Assembly (NCBI GenBank): GCA_002189035.1
Contig: NEEC01000278.1
Coordinates: 1 to 20,252 of the forward strand
From: Utricularia gibba
Taxonomy: Eukaryota > Plantae > Magnoliophyta
Direction: 5' to 3'
DNA length: 20,252 nt
The notes below the pieces were generated by a model. The model was not told where the DNA came from. It saw only the letters and a program-made list of their open reading frames with translations, and ran no database searches. Position 1 is the first letter of the stretch; the number at the start of each line of letters is the position of its first letter. This document shows positions 8,901 through 19,900 of this stretch, one piece after another. The position numbers were made by a program, and so were the translations under genes.

Positions 8901-10955
8901 CACGTGCACCCCACATGATTTTTTCAACAACTTACTTTATACTTGAGCAGGCGGTCTTTGGGTGCACCTGGAACGGGACAAAGGTTCTCGTTTTGTGGCG
9001 GCCAGTCTCGCTGGGAACTTGGTCCTTGACCCCGATTCTGTATGGCTCATGAGGTCAACTGGATGCAAATCGATTAAAAAAAATGTTGTAGTCCGGCAAA
9101 TAAAGTGATGTATTTATTATCGTTCGGTTTTCGGGGGCTGCCTACATGGTTTTTCAAGGAACCGCTTCTCGTTTTTGGCGGCCAGTCTCGCTGGGAACTT
9201 GGTCCTTGACCCGATTCTGTATGGCTCATGAGGTCAACTGGATGCAAATCGATTAAAAAAAATGATGCATTTGTTTAAATTATGATGTCACGTGCACCCC
9301 ACATGATTTTTTCAACAACTTACTTTATACTTGAGCAGGCGGTCTTTGGGTGCACCTGGAACGGGACATGTAATCACGCACCGAGAACACATTGTATTCC
9401 GGCAAATAACTTACTTTTCGAGCAGGCGGTCTTTGGGTGCACCTGGGGCTGCCTACATGGTTTTTCAAGGAACTTGCACCGAGAGTTAGTTGTAGTCCGG
9501 CAAATAAAGTGATGTATTTATTATCGTTCGGTTTTCGGGGCTGCCTACATGGTTTTTCAAGGAACCGCTTCTCGTTTTGTGGCGGCCAGTCTCGCTGGGA
9601 ACTTGGTCCTTGACCCCGATTCTGTATGGCTCATGAGGTCAACTGGATGCAAATCGATTAAAAAAAATGATGCATTTGTTTAAATTATGATGTCACGTGC
9701 ACCCCACATGATTTTTTCAACAACTTACTTTATACTTGAGCAGGCGGTCTTTGGGTGCACCTGGAACGGGACAAAGGTAATGTTTGGCTTGCACCGAGAG
9801 TTAGTTGTAGTCCGGCAAATAAAGTGATGTATTTATTATCGTTCGGTTTTCGGGGGCTGCCTACATGGTTTTTCAAGGAACCGCTTCTCGTTTTGTGGCG
9901 GCCAGTCTCGCTGGGAACTTGGTCCTTGACCCCGATTCTGTATGGCTCATGAGGTCAACTGGATGCAAATCGATTAAAAAAAATGATGCATTTGTTTAAA
10001 TTATGATGTCACGTGCACCCCACATGATTTTTTCAACAACTTACTTTATACTTGAGCAGGCGGTCTTTGGGTGCACCTGGAACGGGACAAAGGTAATGTT
10101 TGGCTTGCACCGAGAGTTAGTTGTAGTCCGCAAATAAAGTGATGTATTTATTATCGTTCGGTTTTCGGGGGCTGCCTACATGGTTTTTCAAGGAACCGCT
10201 TCTCGTTTTTGTGGCGGCCAGTCTCGCTGGAACTTGGTCCTCCCCTCTCGCTGGGAACTTGAGTCAACTGACCCGATTCAAATATGGCTCATTAAGGTCA
10301 ACTTTATGCAAATCGATGTCAAAAAAAATGATGCATTTGTTTAAATTATGATGTCACGTGCACCCCACATGATTTTTTCAACAACTTACTTTATACTTGA
10401 GCAGGCGGTCTTTGGGTGCACCTGGAACGGGACAAAGGTAATGTTTGGCTTGCACCGAGAGTTAGTTGTAGTCCGGCAAATAAAGTGATGTATTTATTAT
10501 CGTTCGGTTTTCGGGGGCTGCCTACATGGTTTTTCAAGGAACCGCTTCTCGTTTTGTGGCGGCCAGTCTCGCTGGAACTTGGTCCTTGACCCCGATTCTG
10601 TATGGCTCATGAGGTCAACTGGATGCAAATCGATTAAAAAAAATGATGCATTTGTTTAAATTATGATGTCACGTGCACCCCACAAATTATGATGTCACGT
10701 GCACCCCACATGATTTTTTCAGCACAACTTACTTTATACACCAGGAACGGTCAAAGGGGTGCCGGGACAAAAGTACCGAGAGTTAGTTGTAGTCGGCAAA
10801 TAAAGTGATGTATTTATTATCGTTCGGTTTTCGGGGGCTGCTACATGGTTTTTCAAGGAACCGCTTCTCGTTTTGTGGCGGCCAGTCTCGCTGGGTTGTA
10901 GGTCCGGCAAATAAAGTGATGTATTTATTATCGTTCGGTTTTCTCATGAGGTGCC
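6000..10955. repeat. Disrupted type A domain: intact monomers alternating with scrambled, deleted or duplicated patches
   Basis: Irregular anchor spacing (e.g. 166, 206, 259, 374, 387, 406 bp). Patches are built from short pieces of the monomer out of register. Confidence 0.85.
9755..10070 (+). repeat. Reference full-length type A monomer (316 bp)
   Basis: GTGCACCTGGAACGGGAC at 9755 recurs at 10071. Hand count gives 141 G+C in 316 bp and 14 CpG. Confidence 0.95.
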
Positions 10956-13900
10956 TACATGGTTTTTCAAGGAACCGCTTCTCGTTTTGTGGCGGCCAGT
11001 CTCGCTGGGAACTTGGTCCTTGCCCCGATTCTGTATGGCTCATGAGGTCAACTGGATGCAAATCGATTAAAAAAAATGATGCATTTGTTTAAATTATGAT
11101 GTCACGTGCACCCCACATGATTTTTTCAACAACTTACTTTATACTTGAGCAGGCGGTCTTTGGGTGCACCTGGAACGGACAAAGGTAATGTTTGGCTTGC
11201 ACCGAGAGTTAGTTGTAGTCCGGCAAATAAAGTGATGTATTTATTATCGTTCGGTTTTCGGGGGCTGCCTACATGGTTTTTCAAGGAACGCTTCTCGTTT
11301 TTGGCGGCCAGTCTCGCTGGGAACTTGGTCCTTGCCCGATTCTGTATGGCTCATGAGGTCAACTGGATGCAAATCGATTAAAAAAAATGATGCATTTCTT
11401 TAAATATGATGTCACGTGCACCCCACATGATTTTTTCAACAACTTACTTTATACTTGAGCAGGCGGTCTTTGGGTGCACCTGGAACGGGACAAAGGTAAT
11501 GTTTGGCTTGCACGAGAGTTAGTTGTAGTCCGGCAAATAAAGTGATGTATTTATTATCGTTCGGTTTTCGGGGGCTGCCTACATGGTTTTTCAAGGAACG
11601 CTTCTCGTTTTGTGGCGGCCAGTCTCGCTGGGAACTTGGTCCTTGACCCGATTCTGTATGGCTCATGAGGTCAACTGGATGCAAATCGATTAAAAAAAAT
11701 GATGCATTTGTTTAAATTATGATGTCACGTGCACCCCACATGATTTTTTCAACAACTTACTTTATACTTGAGCAGGCGGTCTTTGGGTGCACCTGGAACG
11801 GGACAAAGGTAATGTTTGGCTTGCACCGAGAGTTAGTTGTAGTCCGGCAAATAAAGTGATGTATTTATTATCGTTCGGTTTTCGGGGGCTGCCTACATGG
11901 TTTTTCAAGGAACCGCTTCTCGTTTTGTGGGCCAGTCTCGCTGGGAACTTGGTCCTTGACCCCGATTCTGTATGGCTCATGAGGTCAACTGGATGCAAAT
12001 CGATTAAAAAAAATGATGCATTTGTTTAAATTATGATGTCACGTGCACCCCACATGATTTTTTCAACAACTTACTTTATACTTGAGCAGGCGGTCTTTGG
12101 GTGCACCTGGAACGGGACAAAGGTAATGTTTGGCTTGCACCGAGAGTTAGTTGTAGTCCGGCAAATAAAGTGATGTATTTATTATCGTTCGGTTTTCGGG
12201 GCTGCCTACATGGTTTTTCAAGGAACCGCTTCTCGTTTTGTGGCGGCCAGTCTCGCTGGGAACTTGGTCCTTGACCCCGATTCTGTATGGCTCATGAGGT
12301 CAACTGGATGCAAATCGATTAAAAAAAATGATGCATTTGTTTAAATTATGATGTCACGTGCACCCCACATGATTTTTTCAACAACTTACTTTATACTTGA
12401 GCAGGCGGTCTTTGGGTGCACCTGGAACGGGACAAAGGTAATGTTTGGCTTGCACCGAGAGTTAGTTAGTCCGGCAAATAAAGTGATGTATTTATTATCG
12501 TTCGGTTTCGGGGGCTGCCTACATGGTTTTTCAAGGAACCGCTTCTCGTTTTGTGCGGCCAGTCTCGCTGGGAACTTGGTCCTTGACCCCGATTCTGTAT
12601 GGCTCATGAGGTCAACTGGATGCAAATCGATTAAAAAAATGATGCATTTGTTTAAATTATGATGTCACGTGCACCCCACATGATTTTTTCAACAACTTAC
12701 TTTATACTTGAGCAGGCGGTCTTTGGGTGCACCTGGAACGGACAAAGGTAATGTTTGGCTTGCACCGAGAGTTAGTTGTAGTCCGGCAAATAAAGTGATG
12801 TATTTATTATCGTTCGGTTTTCGGGCTGCCTACATGGTTTTTTCAAGGAACGCTTCTCGTTTTGTGGCGGCCAGTCTCGCTGGGAACTTGGTCCTTGACC
12901 CGATTCTGTATGGCTCATGAGGTCAACTGGATGCAAATCGATTAAAAAAAATGATGCATTTCTTTAAATTATGATGTCACGTGCACCCCACATGATTTTT
13001 TCAACAACTTACTTTATACTTGAGCAGGCGGTCTTTGGGTGCACCTGGAACGGACAAAGGTAATGTTTGGCTTGCACCGAGAGTTAGTTGTAGTCCGGCA
13101 AATAAAGTGATGTATTTATTATCGTTCGGTTTTCGGGGCTGCCTACATGGTTTTTCAAGGAACCGCTTCTCGTTTTGTGGCGGCCAGTCTCGCTGGGAAC
13201 TTGGTCCTTGACCCCGATTCTGTATGGCTCATGAGGTCAACTGGATGCAAATCGATTAAAAAAAATGATGCATTTGTTTAAATTATGATGTCACGTGCAC
13301 CCCACATGATTTTTTCAACAACTTACTTTATACTTGAGCAGGCGGTCTTTGGGTGCACCTGGAACGGGACAAAGGTAATGTTTGGCTTGCACCGAGAGTT
13401 AGTTGTAGTCCGGCAAATAAGTGATGTATTTATTATCGTTCGGTTTTCGGGGGCTGCCTACATGGTTTTTCAAGGAACCGCTTCTCGTTTTGTGCGGCCA
13501 GTCTCGCGGAACTTGGTCCTTGACCCCGATTCTGTATGGCTCATGAGGTCAACTGGATGCAAATCGATTAAAAAAAATGATGCATTTGTTTAAATTATGA
13601 TGTCACGTGCACCCCACATGATTTTTTCAACAACTTACTTTATACTTGAGCAGGCGGTCTTTGGGTGCACCTGGAACGGGACAAAGGTAATGTTTGGCTT
13701 GCACCGAGAGTTAGTTGTAGTCCGGCAAATAAAGTGATGTATTTATTATCGTTCGGTTTTCGGGGCTGCCTACATGGTTTTTCAAGGAACCGCTTCTCGT
13801 TTTGTGGCGGCCAGTCTCGCTGGAACTTGGTCCTTGACCCCGATTCTGTATGGCTCATGAGGTCAACTGGATGCAAATCGATTAAAAAAAATGATGCATT

Positions 13901-16900
13901 TGTTTAAATTATGATGTCACGTGCACCCCACATGATTTTTTCAACAACTTACTTTATACTTGAGCAGGCGGTCTTTGGGTGCACCTGGAACGGGACAAAG
14001 GTAATGTTTGGCTTGCACCGAGAGTTAGTTGTAGTCCGGCAAATAAAGTGATGTATATTATCGTTCGGTTTTCGGGGGCTGCCTACATGGTTTTTCAAGG
14101 AACCGCTTCTCGTTTTGTGGCCCAGTCTCGCTGGGAACTTGGTCCTTGACCCCGATTCTGTATGGCTCATGAGGTCAACTGGATGCAAATCGATTAAAAA
14201 AAATGATGCATTGTTTTAAATTATGATGTCACGTGCACCCCACATGATTTTTTCAACAACTTACTTTATACTTGAGCAGGCGGTCTTTGGGTGCACCTGG
14301 AACGGGACAAAGGTAATGTTTGGCTTGCACCGAGAGTTAGTTGTAGTCCGGCAAATAAAGTGATGTATTTATTATCGTTCGGTTTTCGGGGGCTGCCTAC
14401 ATGGTTTTTCAAGGAACCGCTTCTCGTTTTGTGGCGGCCAGTCTCGCTGGGAACTTGGTCCTTGACCCGATTCTGTATGGCTCATGAGGTCAACTGGATG
14501 CAAATCGATTAAAAAAATGATGCATTTTTTAAATTATGATGTCACGTGCACCCCACATGATTTTTTCAACAACTTACTTTATACTTGAGCAGGCGGTCTT
14601 TGGGTGCACCTGGAACGGGACAAAGGTAATGTTTGGCTTGCACCGAGAGTTAGTTGTAGTCCGGCAAATAAAGTGATGTATTTATTATCGTTCGGTTTTC
14701 GGGGGCTGCCTACATGGTTTTTCAAGGAACGCTTCTCGTTTTGTGGCGGCCAGTCTCGCTGGGAACTTGGTCCTTGACCCGATTCTGTATGGCTCATGAG
14801 GTCAACTGGATGCAAATCGATTAAAAAAAATGATGCATTTCTTTAAATTATGATGTCACGTGCACCCCACATGATTTTTTCAACAACTTACTTTATACTT
14901 GAGCAGGCGGTCTTTGGGTGCACCTGGAACGGGACAAAGGTAATGTTTGGCTTGCACCGAGAGTTAGTTGTAGTCCGGCAAATAAAGTGATGTATTTATT
15001 ATCGTTCGGTTTTCGGGGGCTGCCTACATGGTTTTTCAAGGAACCGCTTCTCGTTTTGTGGCGGCCAGTCTCGCTGGGAACTTGGTCCCCCCGATTCTGT
15101 ATGGCTCATGAGGTCAACTGGATGCAAATCGATTAAAAAAAATGATGCATTTGTTTAAATTATGATGTCACGTGCACCCCACATGATTTTTTCAACAACT
15201 TACTTTATACTTGAGCAGGCGGTCTTTGGGTGCACCTGGAACGGGACAAAGGTAATGTTTGGCTTGCACGAGAGTTAGTTGTAGTCCGGCAAATAAAGTG
15301 ATGTATTTATTATCGTTCGGTTTTCGGGGGCTGCCTACATGTTTTTCAAGGAACCGCTTCTCGTTTTGTGGCGGCCAGTCTCGCTGGGAACTTGGTCCTT
15401 GACCCCGATTCTGTATGGCTCATGAGGTCAACTGGATGCAAATCGATTAAAAAAAATGCATTTGTTTAAATTATGATGTCACGTGCACCCCACATGATTT
15501 TTTCAACAACTTACTTTATACTTGAGCAGGCGGTCTTTGGTGCACCTGGAACGGGACAAAGGTAATGTTTGGCTTGCACCGAGAGTTAGTTGTAGTCCGG
15601 CAAATAAAGTGATGTATTTATTATCGTTCGGTTTTCGGGGGCTGCCTACATGGTTTTTCAAGGAACGCTTCTCGTTTTGTGGCGGCCAGTCTCGCTGGGA
15701 ACTTGGTCCTTGACCCCGATTCTGTATGGCTCATGAGGTCAACTGGATGCAAATCGATTAAAAAAAATGATGCATTTTTAAATTATGATGTCACGTGCAC
15801 CCCACATGATTTTTTCAACAACTTACTTTATACTTGAGCAGGCGGTCTTTGGGTGCACCTGGAACGGACAAAGGTAATGTTTGGCTTGCACCGAGAGTTA
15901 GTTGTAGTCCGGCAAATAAAGTGATGTATTTATTATCGTTCGGTTTTCGGGGCTGCCTACATGGTTTTTCAAGGAACCGCTTTCTCGTTTTGTGGCGGCC
16001 AGTCTCGCTGGGAACTTGGTCCTTGACCCCGATTCTGTATGGCTCATGAGGTCAACTGGATGCAAATCGATTAAAAAAAATGATGCATTTGTTTAAATTA
16101 TGATGTCACGTGCACCCCACATGATTTTTTCAACAACTTACTTTATACTTGAGCAGGCGGTCTTTGGGTGCACCTGGAACGGGACAAGGTAATGTTTGGC
16201 TTGCACCGAGAGTTAGTTGTAGTCCGGCAAATAAAGTGATGTATTTATTATCGTTCGGTTTTCGGGGCTGCCTACATGGTTTTTCAAGGAAACGCTTCTC
16301 GTTTTGTGGCGGCCAGTCTCGCTGGGAACTTGGTCCTTGACCCCGATTCTGTATGGCTCATGAGGTCAACTGGATGCAAATCGATTAAAAAAAATGATGC
16401 ATTTGTTTAAATTATGATGTCACGTGCACCCCACATGATTTTTTCAACAACTTACTTTATACTTGAGCAGGCGGTCTTTGGGTGCACCTGGAACGGGACA
16501 AAGGTAATGTTTGGCTTGCACCGAGAGTTAGTTGTAGTCCGGCAAATAAAGTGATGTATTTATTATCGTTCGGTTTTCGGGGGCTGCCTACATGGTTTTT
16601 CAAGGAACCGCTTCTCGTTTTGTGGCGGCCAGTCTCGCTGGGAACTTGGTCCTTGACCCCGATTCTGTATGGCTCATGAGGTCAACTGGATGCAAATCGA
16701 TTAAAAAAAATGATGCATTTGTTAAATTATGATGTCACGTGCACCCCACATGATTTTTTCAACAACTTACTTTATACTTGAGCAGGCGGTCTTTGGGTGC
16801 ACCTGGAACGGACAAAAGTAATGTTTGGCTTGCACCGAGAGTTAGTTGTAGTCGGCAAATAAAGTGATGTATTTATTATCGTTCGGTTTTCGGGGCTGCC

Positions 16901-19900
16901 TACATGGTTTTTCAAGGAACCGCTTCTCGTTTTGTGGCGGCCAGTCTCGCTGGGAACTTGGTCCTTGCCCGATTCTGTATGGCTCATGAGGTCAACTGGA
17001 TGCAAATCGATTTAAAAAAAATGATGCATTTGTTAAATTATGATGTCACGTGCACCCCACATGATTTTTTCAACAACTTACTTTATACTTGAGCAGGCGG
17101 TCTTTGGTGCACCTGGAACGGGACAAAGGTAATGTTTGGCTTGCACCGAGAGTTAGTTGTAGTCCGGCAAATAAAGTGATGTATTTATTATCGTTCGGTT
17201 TTCGGGGCTGCCTACATGGTTTTTCAAGGAACGCTTCTCGTTTTGTGGCGGCCAGTCTCGCTGGGAACTTGGTCCTTGACCCCGATTCTGTATGGCTCAT
17301 GAGGTCAACTGGATGCAAATCGATTAAAAAAAATGATGCATTTCTTTAAATTATGATGTCACGTGCACCCCACATGATTTTTTCAACAACTTACTTTATA
17401 CTTGAGCAGGCGGTCTTTGGGTGCACCTGGAACGGGACAAAGGTAATGTTTGGCTTGCACCGAGAGTTAGTTGTAGTGGCAAATAAAGTGATGTATTTAT
17501 TATCGTTCGGTTTTCGGGGGCTGCCTACATGGTTTTTCAAGGAACGCTTCTCGTTTTGTGGCGGCCAGTCTCGCTGGGAACTTGGTCCTTGACCCGATTC
17601 TGTATGGCTCATGAGGTCAACTGGATGCAAATCGATTAAAAAAAATGATGCATTTCTTTAAATTATGATGTCACGTGCACCCCACATGATTTTTTCAACA
17701 ACTTACTTTATACTTGAGCAGGCGGTCTTTGGGTGCACCTGGAACGGGACAAAGGTAATGTTTGGCTTGCACCGAGAGTTAGTTGTAGTCGGCAAATAAA
17801 GTGATGTATTTATTATCGTTCGGTTTTCGGGGCTGCCTACATGGTTTTTTCAAGGAACCGCTTCTCGTTTTTGGCGGCCAGTCTCGCTGGGAACTTGGTC
17901 CTTGACCCCGATTCTGTATGGCTCATGAGGTCAACTGGATGCAAATCGATTAAAAAAAATGATGCATTTGTTTAAATTATGATGTCACGTGCACCCCACA
18001 TGATTTTTTCAACAACTTACTTTATACTTGAGCAGGCGGTCTTTGGGTGCACCTGGAACGGGACAAAGGTAATGTTTGGCTTGCACCGAGAGTTAGTTGT
18101 AGTCGGCAAATAAAGTGATGTATTTATTATCGTTCGGTTTCGGGGCTGCCTACATGGTTTTTCAAGGAACCGCTTCTCGTTTTTGTGGCGGCCAGTCTCG
18201 CTGGGAACTTGGTCCTTGACCCCGATTCTGTATGGCTCATGAGGTCAACTGGATGCAAATCGATTAAAAAAATGATGCATTTGTTTAAATTATGATGTCA
18301 CGTGCACCCCACATGATTTTTTCAACAACTTACTTTTATACTTGAGCAGGCGGTCTTTGGGTGCACCTGGAACGGACAAAGGTAATGTTTGGCTTGCACC
18401 GAGAGTTAGTTGTAGTCGGCAAATAAAGTGATGTATTTATTATCGTTCGGTTTTTCGGGGCTGCCTACATGGTTTTTCAAGGAACCGCTTCTCGTTTTTG
18501 GCGGCCAGTCTCGCTGGGAACTTGGTCCTTGACCCCGATTCTGTATGGCTCATGAGGTCAACTGGATGCAAATCGATTAAAAAAATGATGCATTTCTTTA
18601 AATTATGATGTCACGTGCACCCCACATGATTTTTTCAACAACTTACTTTATACTTGATTCTGTATGGCTCATGAGGTCAACTGGATGCAAATCGATTAAA
18701 AAAATGATGCATTTGTTTAAATTATGATGTCACGTGCACCCCACATGATTTTTTCAACAACTTACTTTATACTTGAGCAGGCGGTCTTTGGGTGCACCTG
18801 GAACGGGACAAAGGTAATGTTTGGCTTGCACCGAGAGTTAGTTGTAGTCCGGCAAATAAAGTGATGTATTTATTATCGTTCGGTTTTCGGGGCTGCCTAC
18901 ATGGTTTTTCAAGGAACGCTTCTCGTTTTGTGGCGGCCAGTCTCGCTGGGAACTTGGTCCTTGACCCCGATTCTGTATGGCTCATGAGGTCAACTGGATG
19001 CAAATCGATTAAAAAAAATGATGCATTTCTTTAAATTATGATGTCACGTGCACCCCACATGATTTTTTCAACAACTTACTTTATACTTGAGCAGGCGGTC
19101 TTTGGGTGCACCTGGAACGGACAAAGGTAAGGTTTGGCTTGCACCGAGAGTTAGTTGTAGTCCGGCAAATAAAGTGATGTATTTATTATCGTTCGGTTTT
19201 CGGGGCTGCCTACATGGTTTTTCAAGGAACCGCTTCTCGTTTTGTGGCGGCCAGTCTCGCTGGGAACTTGGTCCTTGACCCCGATTCTGTATGGCTCATG
19301 AGGTCAACTGGATGCAAATCGATTAAAAAAAATGATGCATTTGTTTAAATTATGATGTCACGTGCACCCCACATGATTTTTTCAACAACTTACTTATACT
19401 TGAGCAGGCGGTCTTTGGTGCACCTGGAACGGGACAAAGGTAAGGTTTGGCTTGCACCGAGAGTTAGTTGTAGTCCGGCAAATAAAGTGATGTATTTATT
19501 ATCGTTCGGTTTTCGGGGCTGCCTACATGGTTTTTATTCTCGTTTTGTGGCGGCCAGTCTCGCTGGGAACTTGGTCCTTGACCCGATTCTGTATGGCTCA
19601 TGAGGTCAACTGGATGCAAATCGATTAAAAAAAATGATGCATTTGTTTAAATTATGATGTCACGTGCACCCACATGATTTTTCAACAACTTACTTTATAC
19701 TTGAGCAGGCGGTCTTTGGGTGCACCTGGAACTTTGGCTTGCACCGAGAGTTAGTTGTAGTCCGGCAAATAAAGTGATGTATTTATTATCGTTCGGTTTT
19801 CGGGGGCTGCCTACATGGTTTTTCAAGGAACCGCTTCTCGTTTTGTGGCGGCCAGTCTCGCTGGGAACTTGGTCCTTGACCCGATTCTGTATGGCTCATG

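Noticed and set aside
9755-9772. CENP-B box-like TGGAACGGGA
   Set aside because: It resembles only the 3' half of YTTCGTTGGAARCGGGA and lacks the essential TTCG at the required spacing.
9858-9980. Tandem 5S rRNA, tRNA or snRNA gene unit (GCCTAC start; AGACCGCCTG on the minus strand)
   Set aside because: The matches are only 6-10 bp. No 5S fold, internal promoter or cloverleaf is apparent, and internal T-runs would terminate Pol III.
9755-10070. Viroid-like or small-circle rolling-circle concatemer (unit size fits 250-400 nt)
   Set aside because: No hammerhead core (CTGATGA...GAAA) on either strand and no evident full-length rod-like complementarity. Co-inherited A/B and A-prime haplotypes are inconsistent with copying a single circle, though an amplification artefact cannot be fully excluded without reads.
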